Shown here: piece after piece, positions 12,823 through 24,600 of the stretch
How the letters are laid out: every line of letters starts with the position of its first letter
Position numbering within the stretch: the stretch's first letter is position 1
Assembly (NCBI RefSeq): GCF_006345805.1
Contig: NC_043023.1
Span: 9,176,001-9,240,000 of the forward strand
From: Octopus sinensis
Lineage: Eukaryota
Reading direction: 5' to 3'
DNA: 64,000 bases
The notes under the pieces: generated by a model
What the model saw: only the letters and a program-made list of their open reading frames with translations
Told to the model about the DNA's origin: nothing
The model's database searches: none
Program-made: the position numbers and the translations under genes

Positions 12823-14702
12823 TCACTTACTCATTTCGAAAGTTTCATTTTCTTCTTTTTCTTTTGTAGTGTCTTTGAGGAGGTGCTTGTATAGTTTTTT
12901 GGAGAGGTATCGTTGAAACCCGCCTACCGCATTTGGAAATATTGTTTTCAGTGTATGGTGTTGTGTTTGTGTTATGTGTACAATTCTAATGTGTTTCGGT
13001 GGTGTGGTTCGCGGATGATTGTTTGTCTTAAAGTCATCTTCACAGATGTCCGTGTTGGATGCAATGTAATCCATTAACTTTTTATTGTCTGTGTCTATTG
13101 CAGTTAGTTGTGTGTGTGGTTTTGCGGATTCATTGATTTTTTGATTGTCTAGGGGGATGCTGTCCGGAGTTAAATATCTCCCTGCTTTACTTCCTTGTTT
13201 GGTGGGCTTTTTCTATCTTTTCCTTTTACCCCCTGTGGCTATTTGCCATTCCGTCGAACTTTCGTCGTCCGACGAATCAGAAGGGAGTAAAGGCAAAGCA
13301 TTTGCGTTAATATGTATGCTTGTAGAAATTGTTGATGTTTTGTGCAATGTTTGTGTTGTTGTGGTGTTAGGGGTAGAATTTGTCTTCTCGTCACTGTTTT
13401 CTGTCTTTTTAATTGTCGTCCTCGGTGTTTGTGTTGGTCTAGTTTTTGTTGGTTCAGCATGTTGAATTGGTTGCGACGTCAACGGTGATTGTGTTGGTAC
13501 TGTTTTTTTTCTTGGTGATGTTGGGGTTTGTTTGCTGGTTTGTTGTTTTTCTTGGCATTGTTCCATAATTGAGTGTGTTGGTGTTGGTGTTGGCAACAAG
13601 GGTTTTTTTATTTGTTTTCTGATTTGTTCTTTCTTGTTTTTTCTGTGCCAGAGCGCACTTGGCAATTAAATGTTCTGGGCTGCCACAGTTGTAGCATCTA
13701 GGCTTTTTGCCTTCTGCTACAACATATAGGCTTTGCCCATTTTCTAAATGGATCCTATCAGGTAGGTTCTCGATAGAGTACCCATCAATCTGGATGCTGA
13801 TTTCTATTGTTTTTCCACCCCAATTGTCGTTTATGTATACGGCAGTCTCTAAAATATTTATAGTTTTCAAATGGTAACAGATTGCCCCTGTTATCCATTT
13901 GTTAGGTATCTCGGGGGGTACATTTTTAATGCTAATTCTACTCACTCTCTGGCCTTTGTAATATGGTACCATGATGATTTCATCATTTTGCAAAGACTCC
14001 GTAGAGTGAGCTTTTGCCACTTCCTGGTTAGGGAAGCGGACCACCACTGTATTAAACTGGGGACCCCAGTTTATATATTCTTTTTTTTCATTATGCTTTT
14101 TAAACACTTTTCTATGTCCGTTTTTGTTATCTGTTCATTTTGTTTTTTGTTTTTTCTTATAATTTTATATATAATTGTCTTATTTTCTATTTGTTCCTTT
14201 ATGTGTTGAGGTGTATGCAGCACTAAATCTTGCCCTTGGGTTGTAAAGATTGCTCTCGTTTCTATTAACTGTTCATTCGTAAATTTTACTATTTCTTTTT
14301 TCTGACGCAGAGTGTTAGCGAAATTTACTGATGTTGTTGATTCTTTTATATTAACGTCTTCACTATTAGATAGTAAGATATTTATTTCATTTTTATTGTT
14401 GTTGTTGTTGTTGTTGTTGTTGTTTTTGTTAATAGTATTCGCGTGAGTTTCATTTTCATCGTTTATGTTGGTGGTGGTGGTGGTGGTGGTGGTGTAGCAG
14501 TAGTAGTCCCGTTGTTGTTGTTAGTGGTGGTGGTGGTGGTGACAGGGCTGTTACCGCAAGTGGTTGCACCGTTCACTACCACGTCATTCAGGTTTGTCTT
14601 TATCGTACATAAGTTCATTTTTTCTCCTAGCGTTTCCAATCTAGGAAAATGCTGTTCCATAAAGGAACGCGACCAGCGTTCTACAATAACATTTCTGGAC
14701 AT
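12823..14702 (-). pseudogene. ORF1 (gag-like, CCHC knuckle) of copy 1, frameshifted
   Basis: Segments MSRNVIVERW (14702), 13454-14107 (RRM-like region + CYNCGSPEHLIAKC), 13213-13665 and 12823-13074 form one disrupted ORF. Confidence 0.8.
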
Positions 14703-14901
14703 TTTGAAAGTGTCGAGAAGAAAAATACACAAATTAAATAGGGTTAAAACAGCCCCTAGGGGCGAATTCCTCCCTTGGGAAAGCACTCAAACGAAAGTTG
14801 GGTGCCTTACACACATTATTTATAAAAATGTACATAAAATATGGGCTATAAATAGTAAAAATAAACGATTACCTTCGGAGCCGAAGTGACAGCACGTCCG
14901 T

Positions 14902-15102
14902 AGATAAATAGATAGATAGATAGATAGATAGACAGATAGGTAGATAGAGAGATAGAGAGATAGATAGATAGATAGATAGATAAGGTAGATAGATAGATAT
15001 ATAGATAGGTGGATAGATAGGTAGATAGACAGATAGATAGATAGATAGGTAGATAGATGGATAGATAGATAAATAGATAGATAGATAGATAGATAGATAG
15101 GC

Positions 15103-15152
<50 letters not shown>

Positions 15153-15168
15153 GGTAGATAGATAGATA
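14902..15168. repeat. (GATA)n array separating head-to-tail Tx1 copies 1 and 2
   Basis: Directly visible. Confidence 0.95.
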
Positions 15169-15462
15169 ACTTTCTTTTATTAGCCACACAGGGCTGAATA
15201 CAGAGGGGACAAATACAAATGTAGAGTTTTTCTTTACGAGGGTGGAAAAAAGAAAATAAATGTAAGATTGCGATCAAAAGGGATGGAGAGAAAAAAGGGA
15301 AAAGAAATCGTGTATCACAGAAACATTGATAAAAACATTGATAAAACAAGATTGGGTTCATCCGTGGGAAGAAAGGCCTACAGAAAAGACCACGGGAACC
15401 TCAGTCAGGTAGGAAAATAACCACATGAGAGCAAAATGCTCTCTCTCTTTCTTTTTTACGAT

Positions 15463-18400
15463 TTACAGGGTCATGCTCAAAATGGTTTCGTCACTCGCAC
15501 GCACCATCTTTGCAACATTCACCCATATTTTTTTGAATCTTTCGCGAGACAAAACTTCCCTCTCCATTCTCACCTTCCTTTTCAAGTGGTACTTGAAAAA
15601 GTTGATGAGCGATTGGCCAGAGAGGTAAGTGTTTGTCTCTAATCCTTTCGCTCGGGTCCACCACACACATTCTTTCACCATGGCCACCAGTACGATGAAA
15701 ACTGCCTTGCCTTCCCGGTTGAGGGAAGGGGCGGAGCAATTCTCACGATAGACTCGACCGATAGGCGGATTCGTCCCACAAGTGACAGCAGCCGTTCGGC
15801 ATAAGCCCACAGGTCTGAAATGGTTGGACATTGCACGAGTGCGTGCAGAACGGTTTCGTCGCTCTGACCGCATCTCAGGCAAGTCGGTCCAGTGGGTCTG
15901 GAACCGTGTCTGTAGAGCTTATCCCGAACAGGTAATGCTTCTCGATAGCACTGCCAGGCCAGGGATCTTTGGTGATTGTTCATAGGTCCCGGCCCGAAAG
16001 TTGTCCTGAACAGGCGGGTCAGGTGTTCCTCGTCGACGCCCAGACTCTGCCCGAGTTCGTCGTCGCACCTCCCCTCCACTAATCCTCTATAGAATGCCTT
16101 TGTTGTGATGGAGTCGCTCAAGTTCGATCCCGGACGGCAGAGTTGCTTGAGAGCAACGCGACACTCGCGGTGCCATTCGCCTAGCCTCGGTCTCTGCTTG
16201 ATCCATGACTGTAGTTCGTCCAAGGAGACGAGCTGCGGGAAAGCGCGCCGCACAAAAGGCGACCACACCTGTTCACCGTCGTCTATGAAGCGCCGGAGAT
16301 GTCGCAGTCTCAGCGCATGTCTGCGCATCATCAACCATGGCATGCCCAGCCCTCCATTTAGCGGGTGTTGACAGCAAATGGATCGCCTAACCATCGGAAT
16401 GTTTCCCTTCCACAGGAAGCGGAAGAGTATACGTTCCAATTTGGTGATGGTAGGGTCGGGACAAGGCACGACGGTCAGACGATACTCGATGACGGATGCG
16501 ATGTACGCGTTCACCACCTCCGCCCGACCTTTTAGGGATAGCTTTCTCTCAGCCCATTTCTGGGTGATAGTAGCCACCCTAGTCGTTATCTCGCCCCAGT
16601 TCTTCTCCATTTGGAGGTCCGGACCGAACCAGACCCCGAGCAATTTCACCGGTCCGTCCGTCCAGCATCCCACGATGGAGACGCTGTTGGACGGCATGGG
16701 CCTGCTTCTCCAGGTGCCGAGCCGCAAGCCCACTGACTTTTCCCGGTTAATTTTTGCTCCCGTTACCGCTTCGTATTCTTTTATTGTCTCGCCGACCAGC
16801 TCGATGTCCTTGTAGCTCTACACTATGACGGTGACGTCATCCGCGTATGCAGACACGCTCCTCCCGCATCCCAGCTCTCGCGGGATGCCCCTCAGCGTCG
16901 CCAGTTTCCGCAGTAGTGGCTCAAGAGTCAATACATACAGCAGCGATGAGAGGGGGCATCCCTGACGAACCGAACGCATGATGTTAAAAGGTCTGGATAG
17001 ATGACCATTTACGCGAACTACTGAGCGGATGCCGCTGTATAAGGCAGCGATCCAACCGCGGAAAACTGAACCGAAACCAGCCGCTTTAAGGACAGCCTCC
17101 AAGTAGTGATGGTCTACCCTATCGAAAGCTTTTGATTGATCCAAATTGATCAGCGCCCCACCCATGCCAGGATTCTTAACTACCCTGTCTATGATGTAGC
17201 GCATCAGATGGAGGTTGTCATGAATACTTCTACCCGGCACGGCGCATGTTTGCGCCTTGTCGATTAGTTTCTTGATGACAAGCGCCAACCTCTCGGCTAA
17301 CACCTTGGCCAAAATTTTCAAATCTGCGTTGAGCAGAGTGATGGGCCTGAAACTATCTATGACGTCCCCCTTGTTTGGGTCTTTCTTAATCAGTGCCACT
17401 GCTCCTCGCTTTACAAAAGCAGGAATACTCCCGTTTTGCTGCCAGTTGCAGTAGACAGCTGCCAAAACGCCTCCAAACAAGTTTGGCATATGACAATAAA
17501 GTTCGTAGGGCAGACCATCCAAGCCTGGTGATTTGTCTCTCGCGCAGCCTACCATAGCATCCTGTACACCGCAGCTGTGATAGGCCTTTCACAAGACTCC
17601 ACCTCTCTTGCTGAGAGTCGTGGCAAGGCATGCAGGTAGGCACTAAAGTCCACTCTGCGTTCTGACCCACCACTTGTCCCAAACAGTTGGGTGAAGTGTT
17701 GTTGAAAAGCCCCACACATCCTTTTAGGCTCGAGCAATTCGCGCCCCTGTTCATCTATAAGAGACTTGATGGTGGCTCTGTTGCCTCTTTGCGTCTCCAC
17801 CACTCGGGCCTCTTGGGCGGCTCCAACTCCGTCGTTCCTCAGAGCACGCATCCTAGCTCTGACAACGCATCCCTCGTGTTTGGCGTTGAGGTGTTGGTCG
17901 AGAGCCAATCTCGCCGCCAGCACGTTGGACGCGATGCCAGTTCTAAGTGCCTCTTCTAAAACCTTAACTAATTCTCCCTCTATTCTATTTCGGTCTAATG
18001 CTAGGGCTTTACTGTATCTGACTGATTCTGCTTTAATTGCTTTTATTAGGGCATACCACCATCTGTTGTTGATGATGGTACCCGTCAAAGCTCTCTTAAC
18101 TAATGTGCTGATCCGGTCCCTGTAAACCTGTCGTACTGTAAAAGACGCGTTCAGTTTCCAGTAACCAGGACCCTGCCTATGTGTCTTATCTAAGTCAAGT
18201 GTACAAGTCACAAACTTGTGATCTGTGTAACTGACTATATGAAATTGTGGACAACCTACACTATTTTTATCTATTGTCCTACAGAATACTCTATCTAAAT
18301 ATAATCTGGACGACCCGATGCGGTTACTCCATGTCCACATTGGCACATTCGGGTGGTCCAGTCGGTACCTGTCAGACAGTTGGAAACGTCTGAGCAGGTC

Positions 18401-18898
18401 TTTGAGGCATTTGCATCCCCTTCTATTGCTATCTCTGCCCACGTAGTCTAGATGCGTGTCCAGGGTGGCATTTCAATCCCCCACTAAAAGTAAAGGACGA
18501 GACGTTCCCATGAAAGACTCTAGACGTCGAAAGAAATCTGGTCGGCCTGTTAAGGACGGAGCATAAACTGTTATCAGTCGAAAAGCACACTCATTGCTGC
18601 CATCGACATCCAAAACGACCAGCCTACCCTCCGGGTCTAGGAAAATTGCTCTTACTTTGAGATCCAGACTCTTCCGGATAAGCACCGCGGTGCCACCTCC
18701 GCCCATTCTCGGTAGACACGGAGAAAAATAAATGTTGAAATGTGTACCGAAACTGTGCTGGAGTGCCCGCGAGCTGTGGAGTCTGGTCTCACTGATGGCT
18801 ATGATATTCAGATTTAGTGACTTGATGTCATTTAACAGGTAGCCTTGTTTCCAAGGCGACCCCAAGCCACATACATCTATACTGCCTATTCTGAGCAT
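15463..18898 (-). pseudogene. ORF2 of copy 2: AP endonuclease + reverse transcriptase + C-terminal zinc motif
   Basis: APE: IAISETR, LLVGD*NA, YLDRV, YTDHKFV; RT: SPGLDG, FRPITLLNADLKIL, LDQSKAFDRV, VRQGCPLS, AYADDV, KLLGVWF; stops at 18473 and 16818 plus frameshifts. Confidence 0.95.
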
Positions 18899-18966
18899 GT
18901 TCCGATAAAAAATTGTGTTTTACACACGAAAAGAAAGTGCAAAAAAGGAAAGAGAGAGAGAAAAGG

Positions 18967-21171
18967 TTACTTGCCCGAAAGTCCTTTGTTTTTCACCTCA
19001 CAGTCTTCTTCCATGAGGTTTTTGTCTAGTTTCTTTGATGAATATTTTTGAAATCTCCCTACTGTATCAGGGTAAAGAGATTTCAGGGTGCTGTATGTGT
19101 TCTGTGTTACGTGTATTATTTTAATGTGTTGTGGTGGTGTTGTGCGTGGGTGGTTATTTGTTTTTATGTCGTTTTCAGTTATGTTGGTGTTTGACCTAAT
19201 GTGTTCCATTAGGTCGTGGTTGTTTGTGTTTATGGCTGTCAACATTGTTGGGGGGTTTGATGATGGTGTGTTTGTGTTGATGTGTTTGTTTTCTGTGGAT
19301 GTTTTTGTTTCGGGAGTGGTGAATCATCCTGCTTTTTTTGTTATCTTTTCTTTTCTTTTTTCCCCCTTTTTCTTCTCCCCCCTGTGGCTATTTGCCAATC
19401 TTCTGTGTCTTCTTCGTCTAATGACAAATCAGAGGAATCAGAGCTTGGGAGAGGGAAAATATTGGGGTCTATTGTAGACTGTGTTGATTTTGTTGTTGGT
19501 GCTGGTGGTGAGCGTTAGGTTGTGGTGTATGCGGTTTTGGAGGTGGGGTGTGGGTATTTTGTGTTTGAGTGATTGTAGGTATTGTTGTTTTGTTTGGGGT
19601 GTCAATTTTGTGGGGATTTGGAGTAGTAATTGTTTCTTCATTTTCGATGAGTGTCTTTTTGGCAGATGTCCTTGGTTTGGGAGTTGGTTTATTCTTGGTT
19701 GTTGTTGTTGGTGTTGCTTCTGTTCTTGGTGCAGTTGGTGTGGTTGTTTGGTTGGTGAGGTTTTTTTATTTTTTATTATCTGTGATTAGTCCTGTTTGTA
19801 CAATTTGTGGTGTGGGTAGTAAAGCTGGCTTTTTTGTTTTTTCCAGCTGCTGTTGTTGTTGCTGTTGTTTTCTTGCGGCATATTTGCAATCTTTTTTTAG
19901 GTGTTGCTCACTGCCGCATATGTAGCAACGTGGTCTTCTGCCATCGACGACCACATCCAACTTGTGGTCTTCTGATACACATATCTGGGTGGGTATTTTC
20001 TTTATGTCATCTTGGTTTATATGTAGTAGAAATTCTACTTTTTTTCCCACCCAGGTTTTGTGCTCCGTGACCGTAGTTTCTAAAATTGTGTAATCTTCCA
20101 TTTTCACACATAAGGCCTTTACTAGCCATAGATTGTTCGCTATTTTTGGGACATTGTTTAAAGTGATCTTAGTCACTTTCTGTCCACGATAGCTTGGTGT
20201 TAGTTGCAGTTCATCTGAATGAAGAGTTAGCGTTGAGAAACGTCTTGCTAACTCTTCAGTGTGGAAGACCACTTGTATGTGTGCGAAATTGTTCCACCAG
20301 GTCACATACTCTTTGTAGTTCCAGATGGGTTTCAAGCATTTTTCGATTTTGCTTGTGTTAGCCTTCTCTGGACTTTTTGTTTTCTTATTAATTATTTTAT
20401 ATATAATAGTTCTTTTTTTTTCATTTTCTAATATTTCTTGTGGCATGTTTATTTTTACTATACCATCTACTTCTGTTATTTATATATACGTATCTTTTAT
20501 CTGCTGTGCAGTAAAAAATACTGTTGTCTTTTTTTCTTTTATCGCCTCGGCGAAATTTGTTGTTGTTTTGTTATTGTTGTTGCTGGTGGTGATGTTGTTG
20601 TTGGCTGCAGTTGGTAAAATTGGTGTATTTGGTTTGATTGTGCAAGTAGGAAGGGGTGGAAAATTACTTGCATAGTTTATCCCCGTATTCAAGCAGCTTT
20701 TGTCAATTTGTTTGGTGGTCACAGTCTTTTGTTTATTCCCTTCAGTTGGAGGAAACAAGGTCTGAACGGAATTGTTGTTGTTGTTATTGTTGTTTTTGTT
20801 GTTGGTGTTGGCGGTGGTGTCAGTGGCAGAAGAGACAGCCGTGGCAGCAGATGTCGAAATGGTGGTGCAATTGTTGTTATTCTTGTTGTCATTGTTATTG
20901 TTGTTGTTGTTGGTAGTTGAGGTAGTGGATGAGGTGGCGGTGGTGGTGGTGGTGGAGGCGGTGGTGGTAGCAGTAGTAGTCTCGTTGTTGTTGTTGTTAG
21001 TGGTGGTGGTGACAGTGCTGTTATCGCAAGTGGTCGCAGCGTTCACTACCACATCATTCAGGTTTGCACTTTGCGTGCATGAGTTCTTTTTTCTTCTAGC
21101 GTTTCCAGACTTGGAGAATGTTGGTCGATAAAGGAACGCGACCAGCGTTCTACAATACAATTTCTCGACAT
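18967..21171 (-). pseudogene. ORF1 of copy 2 (~730 codons; low-complexity N-terminus, RRM-like region, CCHC knuckle, conserved C-terminal domain)
   Basis: MSRNCIVERW start at 21171; 1-bp deletion ~21090; in-frame TAA at 20480-82; CYICGSEQHLKKDC; A-run frameshift ~19770. Confidence 0.8.
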
Positions 21172-21370
21172 TTTCAAAATGTCGAGAAGAAAATTACACA
21201 AATTAAATAGGTTTGAAACTGCCCCTAGGGGCGAATTCCTCCCTTGGAAAAGCACTCAAACGAAAGTTGGGTGCCTTACACACCTTAATTACAAAAATGT
21301 ACACAAAATATGGGCTATAAATAGTCAAAATAAACGATTACCTTCGGAGCCGAAGTGACAGCACGTCCGT

Positions 21371-21448
21371 AGATAGATAGATAGATGGATAGACAGACAG
21401 ATAGATAGGTAGGTAGATAGGTAGGTATATAGGTAGATAGATAGATAT

Positions 21449-21485
<37 letters not shown>

Positions 21486-21494
21486 CAGACAGAG

Positions 21495-21533
<39 letters not shown>

Positions 21534-21560
21534 CGGACAGAGAGACAGTTTGACTGATAG
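21371..21560. repeat. (GATA)n array at 5' flank of copy 2
   Basis: Directly visible. Confidence 0.95.
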
Positions 21561-22156
21561 ATTGATAAACACTGAAGTATTGTCAGAGAGACAGACAGAC
21601 CGACACACGGATTTATTCCATATTAAAACTGGCAATTGTCGCCCACATCCCCGGCATCAAGAAGCACCCTACAACAGAGGGTACCGGGTGTTTCAAAGAA
21701 GAAGGCCCATTTCGATCCTGGCAATCTTGTATGAAGGGGTCCTCTCCCAGTATACAAATATACACTGACTTCTTAAAATATTTATCGGATTCTCATTTAT
21801 GTGTAACTCTGATCTTCCACTACTTTGATGACATCAATTAATTGAAGCTAGTCAATCCCAAAAGCAAGTAGCTAGTAGTCTGCAAGTAGCTGGTCAGTCC
21901 CAGAAGCGACTAAAATTATTCTGGGAATTGCCAAAGAACACAAGAGAAAAAAAAACAACAAAAGCAACAGATATGAAAGCCAACACTCCCCAAGAAGTTT
22001 CTGTACAAGTCATAACTAATTGCTTAATTATGTATTGCGCATATATAGATATGTGTATATCTATTTTTCTAGTTATCCATATGTATATTGATTGATTGAT
22101 AGATAGACAGATAGATAGTCACACATACACACTCACACACACATATTTATATATAC

Positions 22157-22192
<36 letters not shown>

Positions 22193-22869
22193 GTGTAACG
22201 ATAAATAGACAGAAAAATAAAGAGATAGATAGAAAGATAGAAGCCATTCTCTCTTGTTCAAATTCTCTGAGGTCATTTTCTGCGAATAACCTATCAATGA
22301 CCATTTGCCATTAAAGAAACAGATGCATGCGCGCTCACGCACATTTTTATAGATTGCGGCCCCAAAGCTTCATTGTTCAGTTCGACATCGGAGACTTCGG
22401 AATGGCTTTGTGAGAGAACATGTAAATACATTACTAATATATGATCAAAAAAATTTTGTATTTCGTTTTAGTTGTGAAATTACATTTCTCATCTGCTCAA
22501 AGGATATTTTTTTCAGTTTTAGAATTATTATATGCTTGCTAAAATTTGTTTTTTTACTATAACGAATCTTTTTCTTATCTTACTTTGCCTCTGTATTTCC
22601 CCCCGTTTTGTACAATTCCAGTTCTCAAACACTTGTAATTACAACTCTGGAAAGAGGAAAAGTACTCCTCCAAAATTCTCTGATTTTTTAATTATCGGTC
22701 AAAAGACTCCTTAAACATGCTGGAGAGGAAAGATCATTAATGAAGTTAAATCAGTCTACAATAGTTTTGTATTCCACGTTTTTGCTCCTTTTCGTAATTA
22801 AATTTCTTTTTCTATGATTATATTCACATAAATTTTAGTGGTGGTTGTTTGTGTTTGTATGGATCTCAG

Positions 22870-23520
22870 AGCATTGTTTTGCCATAGTTCCTCTAAAGCT
22901 GCGAGGACGGTAGATTTTCTACCTTTATTTTGCTACCTTCAGTAATCGCAGGATTTTCCTGAATGCCCTGCATAGTGGATTACGTATGTTTCCGTCAGTT
23001 TCGGGACCGGTTCTCTGCTCCCCACCACTTCTCGCAATAGGTTCGTGGCTGACAGAATTAGCTCCACGGAAAATGGGTATTCTAACATAATGCCCTTTTC
23101 TACTCTACCATTTTGTTGTGAAATTTCCCACGGTAAATCTCAGCCTCAACGAATACATGTGGGACATTGTTAGTCCAACTATGTCCGTTGCTACTTGGGA
23201 GTACTCCATTTCATTTAGAAGTAACTGGTAGGACACGCTTAGTTACGCTTTGTCGAGATCCAACCAAACAACAGAAAGTGAGTTGTTCGCCTTTTCCTCA
23301 TTGCCGATCACTGATGTGCTTTCGGGGTCATTCTGAGTAGACTAGGGTACTTCCCTTCACTTCTGTGCATGATGTCCCTAGAAAAGATAACCCTCCACCA
23401 GAAGAGAGGGATATTTCTTCTTGGGACATCATTCACAGATGTTACTCTGCTCTCCTCGTCTTCCGCACAGTATATTAATCTCCCGCGTGAACTTGAAGTT
23501 TATAAAGGCCTTCCTTTGTC
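22870..23520 (-). pseudogene. ancient HERO/R2-group (RLE-type) reverse transcriptase remnant
   Basis: Minus-strand translation across stops: SLLVEGYLF...STSVI...SLSVVWLDLDKA*LSVSYQLL...RFTVGNFTTKW...KGIMLEYPFSVELI. Confidence 0.6.
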
Positions 23521-23599
23521 TGCACCTCTCCCTTTCCATGTATGTCTCTCTCCCTCTCTTGGTCTCTTTCTATTTCTCTTTGTCCCTCTTTCTCTCTCT

Positions 23600-24140
23600 C
23601 TTTTCCAATATGATTCTGTCGTGCGCAGGTGGAGCAGAATGTTTCGTAACTCCGCGCTCAGTTGCTTTAAAACTAATTCATCTCGAAAGAGTACAGAAGC
23701 TGGCTACCCGCATGGTTCTTGGTCTCAAGCATTTGTCTTATGAAGAAAGGCTGAAGACGCTCGATTTTTATTCTCTAGAAAAACGACGGCGCCGTGGTGA
23801 TCACAATCACGCTCACAACACCATATGCTGAAAGTGTAACCTCTCGAAAGAGCTGCTCTTCACTGCTGCTCCAGAGCGTCGGCTGCGGGGTCACTCCGAA
23901 AAGGTCTATCTGCGACAATTTCATCTCAATCGAAGGAGAGGGGCTTTCTCCGTCCGGGTTGCGGATCCGTGGAATAAGTTGCTTGACGAGATAGTGAAGA
24001 TGCCGACGACCGCTCGGTTCAAAGTCTCCCTTGACCACAAATTGCCTGAACTCTTTGCATGAACACCACCCTGTAGATAACTCCATGTCCCCCTACATGA
24101 CCTTGCTTTTTGCTTTTTGAGCCAAAAAATTAACTTAACT
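23600..24140 (+). mobile_element. CR1-clade LINE 3' fragment
   Basis: [38 protein letters not shown]...; ends in TTAAC repeats. Confidence 0.85.
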
Positions 24141-24149
24141 AATCTTATT

Positions 24150-24600
24150 CTTTCACCGTATGCTTCTTTCCACCATATTTAAGCTGTCTTTCTCTTTCCT
24201 CAATTCTGCCACCTGACGCTGATTCTTATGGAAACTGTCCTGCTTGTTGCTCTTGCTTTCCTTCAAGCCCAAATTATATTGGAAAGACTGCTCTACCAAT
24301 TGCACCACGTTTCTTACCTTCCCGGTAGCGTCACCCTTCATAATGTTGTCCGGAATAATGTTCAAGTCATTGTTCAACCGGACGCTTCTAAGATCTGTCG
24401 CTGGAGCTAAATTCACCCGTGCAATTTTTGTGTGGAACCCTCGTCGCTTTCAAATTCTTCCCCTCTTCTTGTGAATTAATCGAGTTAAGCAAAGAGGCCC
24501 TGAGCATTGTGGTTTCACTTCTGACCCTAGTCGTCCTCTCCCTGAGAAGCAGTGCTAATACTAGGATGGGTGGTATAGTTCGTTGGTTTACCATTAGTCA
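24150..24600 (-). pseudogene. pre-RT portion of the same HERO-type element
   Basis: NDLNIIPDNIMKGDATGKV...NQRQVAELRKEK resembles the helical region upstream of RT in HERO-type elements; colinear with 22870-23520 across the CR1 insertion. Confidence 0.4.

Larger units (their letters stand above)
11969..14901 (-). mobile_element. Tx1/L1-clade LINE copy 1: both termini intact, APE/RT deleted (HAL1-like)
   Basis: 5' end ACGGACGTGCTGTCACTTCGG shared with copy 2; ORF1 with CYNCGSPEHLIAKC; only the C-terminal ~180 codons of ORF2 remain; AATAAA near 3' end; GATA flanks. Confidence 0.9.
15169..21370 (-). mobile_element. Tx1/L1-clade LINE copy 2, full length (~6.2 kb), disabled
   Basis: 5' UTR, ORF1 and ORF2 (APE-RT-zinc motif), 3' UTR with AATAAA; (GATA)n on both sides. 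Confidence 0.95.
21520..24163 (+). repeat. block X, first of three copies (also 41670-44292 and 61655-64000)
   Basis: Near-identical sequence and identical ORF-track peptides at offsets ~20150 and ~40136; identity with X' ends at TTCACCGTATGC. Confidence 0.95.

Noticed and set aside
13145-20916. Plus-strand hydrophobic V/L/C-rich ORFs (e.g. 13145-13465, 19088-19477, 20772-21131) as membrane proteins
   Set aside because: These are antisense readings of the A/C-rich low-complexity Tx1 ORF1.
21200-21370. HDV-like ribozyme at the Tx1 5' end
   Set aside because: Could not find a P1 partner or nested pseudoknot by eye.
21550-21768. 72-aa ORF identical in three places containing RPISILAILYE (RT motif-like)
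   Set aside because: The identity is explained by the segmental duplication. The motif is isolated and on the opposite strand to the HERO remnant.
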